Source of the DNA: a virus
Taxonomy: Duplodnaviria > Caudoviricetes
Strand: one strand, 5' to 3'
IMG/VR virus record: IMGVR_UViG_3300037313_000125
Span: 1-25,969 of that record
Length of the DNA stretch: 25,969 bases
In this document: positions 23,904-25,969 of the stretch, in pieces
Layout of the letters: the number at the start of each line of letters is the position of its first letter
Position numbering within the stretch: the first letter of the stretch is position 1
Notes under the pieces: model-generated
Told to the model about the DNA's origin: nothing
What the model saw: the letters and a program-made list of their open reading frames with translations, nothing else
Databases searched by the model: none
Made by a program: the position numbers and the translations under genes

Positions 23904-25969
23904 ACTGAATTCTTCCACCGAATATCCTACCACCGTAGACATATGCAGACGTAGAGAATACACCAGAAGTTATCTGGTCGGACGAAAAGACATCATTAAA
24001 GTCAACGGCAAAATTCGACTGATTGAAGTAGTACAGGATTCTCCACTGATATATCTTACCCGGGGTTAATCCCATCACGTAAACAGTACGAGCAGTAGAA
24101 GAAGTACCACTGTCAGCGTAACGAGTCCATGTAACACCATTATCATTCGAAAGTTCCAGATAACCGACTTGAGACGTATCTGGTGCTGTATACGCAAAAG
24201 ATGCCGTTGTAGTCGTAATGTTCTTTACGATGTTCGTAACACGTCCCTGGTCTTGATACAACTGAGCGAGATCAGCACCATAACCAGCATATGTAGGAAC
24301 AGGGGAAAGCGTTGTATTTAATGCCGTACTGGTGAAAACAGTTGATAACCTTGATGCATAGCTGTCACTCGCATTGATTATGGTACTCAAAGCTGGCATA
24401 TTCTGGAACAACTGTGAGCCTTGAGCCATTGTTAAGTCAGCTTCAGTCTGTCCGTAATTTGTAGAGCGAACAGAAGGAATATAGACGTTATCAGTGGCAT
24501 CAACGGCTCTTCTAAATGCTCCATTGAGTGCTGCTGAGTTGTTTTGACCGTAGGTCCATGTAGGAGCAGATGGAGTAAGAGCTAATGCATTTCCAGCACT
24601 GACAGCGAAAGGATCGCCACCATTCCAGTCCCATGAAACTAGACCGCCTGCCCAACCAGTTCCACCGTCTCCACCATTACAGGATGTGAAGATATTTTTG
24701 TTGATCTTAAGACCTTCTGAAGTCATATAGGCTGCCTGACCAGTGATGATACCAGCTTGCATCTGACAGGCATCAAGGATTGTGTTACGCACAATCGTAA
24801 GGTCAGCAGGAGGAGCTACGTTAGTAAGGAGAGCACCACCATAAAAGCTGGAGTTATCTTTACGACCTTTGATACCCAATTTATAGCCTACGTTGTTCTC
24901 AAGACGGATTCTTTCTGTTTGAGGATGACCGTTTGCGTAGTTATCAGTGCCCCAAATTTCGAAAGGAACGACCGACTCACGAATCGTATTCGATTTAAAC
25001 AGAACGTCCGTGATTTGAAGCGTCGTATCACCATCACCAGACGCTCTAGGAGAAATGAAGATAGCAGAACCAGGATTTTGCTGTCCCCAGTTTCCTGAAA
25101 GAATATTACCAGAAGATTCAACTCTCTTCCCTCGTTTGATTTCCCACAGGTTACGAGCACCTTGCTTGGTACCTCTTGTGTTTCGGGAATCCTTATCGAA
25201 TGCTTTCGCTGGCGACCAGTAGAATGTGTTCCTTCCAGCGTAGAAATCTCTCAAATCCGTAACACCGTCGGTGTACCAACCGATTCCATAACCTTCAACA
25301 AACGTATTGTACAGGGTCATGAAGTACGTAATAGAACCAGGAAATCCATTACTTGTAGGATTAATCATATAAAATTGGTTCACAAAACCAATCGTGATTG
25401 TTGCTGCGTTTCCTGTGCCCTTACCCCACCACATAGAATCAGGGAAATTCTGATAGTATTCTTGATCCACATTAGCATCTTCGGCAGTCGAGCACGCGGG
25501 AGTACAAGAGATACCAGAAGATTTACCAATTCCAGTTACGATACGAAGAGATCCATTAGTTTTCGCAAACACATTGAATGGGCCAGTATTTGCTGGAAGC
25601 GTTATGGTAGTAGCAGGTACAGAAACAAGAGCGTCCTGCTTAGTTCTCTGGAAACTACTGCTTGGTGTAGAAAACGAGAGACTGTTAACGGTATAGGCAT
25701 TACCACCAGTACCGGCTGGAGTTGAACCGTCTAACCAATTTGACGTAAGAGTAATATAGGGTTGCCAGTTACCGCTATCAAGAGAAGAAACCGAATTCAT
25801 CACGGCAGCGTATTTACCGCCCATCTGAAATCCACCATTATACTTGTTGGGGAATCCCTGACCGTGAAGGTAGATGCGATCCATAACAATATAACTAGGG
25901 AATGTTCCATCGCTTCCGTGAGCAGTGATCGTAACAAAGGTTTCAAACAGCGGAACGTCAACATCACCT
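23902..25969 (-). CDS. Right-handed parallel beta-helix (pectin-lyase-like) protein with a C-terminal FN3-like domain; 5'-truncated by the window
   Basis: Frame stays open upstream of the track's ATG (GDVDVPLFETFVTITAHGSDGTFPSYIV-MDRIYLHG); stacked-Asn beta-helix pattern (RNLWEIK.G.RVESSGNI, DVLFKSNTIR, RIRLENNV, LTIVRNTI); FN3-like GLTPGKIYQWRI. Confidence 0.8.
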   Translation of the reverse strand, partial: GDVDVPLFETFVTITAHGSDGTFPSYIVMDRIYLHGQGFPNKYNGGFQMGGKYAAVMNSVSSLDSGNWQPYITLTSNWLDGSTPAGTGGNAYTVNSLSFSTPSSSFQRTKQDALVSVPATTITLPANTGPFNVFAKTNGSLRIVTGIGKSSGISCTPACSTAEDANVDQEYYQNFPDSMWWGKGTGNAATITIGFVNQFYMINPTSNGFPGSITYFMTLYNTFVEGYGIGWYTDGVTDLRDFYAGRNTFYWSPAKAFDKDSRNTRGTKQGARNLWEIKRGKRVESSGNILSGNWGQQNPGSAIFISPRASGDGDTTLQITDVLFKSNTIRESVVPFEIWGTDNYANGHPQTERIRLENNVGYKLGIKGRKDNSSFYGGALLTNVAPPADLTIVRNTILDACQMQAGIITGQAAYMTSEGLKINKNIFTSCNGGDGGTGWAGGLVSWDWNGGDPFAVSAGNALALTPSAPTWTYGQNNSAALNGAFRRAVDATDNVYIPSVRSTNYGQTEADLTMAQGSQLFQNMPALSTIINASDSYASRLSTVFTSTALNTTLSPVPTYAGYGADLAQLYQDQGRVTNIVKNITTTTASFAYTAPDTSQVGYLELSNDNGVTWTRYADSGTSSTARTVYVMGLTPGKIYQWRILYYFNQSNFAVDFNDVFSSDQITSGVFSTSAYVYGGRIFGGRIQ

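Noticed and set aside
197-25725. All plus-strand ORFs and nested alternative-frame minus-strand ORFs in the track
   Set aside because: They shadow well-supported minus-strand genes and show no recognisable motifs
1-25969. Stop-codon reassignment, tRNA genes or a diversity-generating retroelement
   Set aside because: Core genes are intact in the standard code; no cloverleaf was seen in the intergenic gaps; there is no reverse transcriptase, and the 52-bp repeat lies at a gene start rather than in a variable C-terminus

Overview
This window comes from a large T4-like (myovirus-type) phage genome, with all credible genes on the minus strand. In transcription order (right to left) it starts with a late or accessory cassette: a 5'-truncated beta-helix protein, a 101-aa beta-rich protein, and three large proteins that combine tail-fibre or carbohydrate-active domains with Sec-type signal peptides. 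The T4 core block follows: gp3, uvsY, uvsW, gp55, gp47, gp46, a DNA methyltransferase, gp45, gp44, gp62 and regA, with small accessory ORFs in between. The window ends in an NAD+ salvage pair (NMNAT-Nudix plus a NAMPT missing from the ORF track). Four features stand out: (i) apparently exported fibre-like proteins bounded by a 52-bp direct repeat; (ii) a duplicated promoter-plus-conserved-core non-coding unit upstream of gp55, firing antisense; (iii) a shared displaced-SD/mini-ORF leader on gp55, the methyltransferase and a PD-(D/E)xK nuclease-like gene; (iv) the NARP2-type NAD module. All calls come from motif recognition by eye; no database searches were run.
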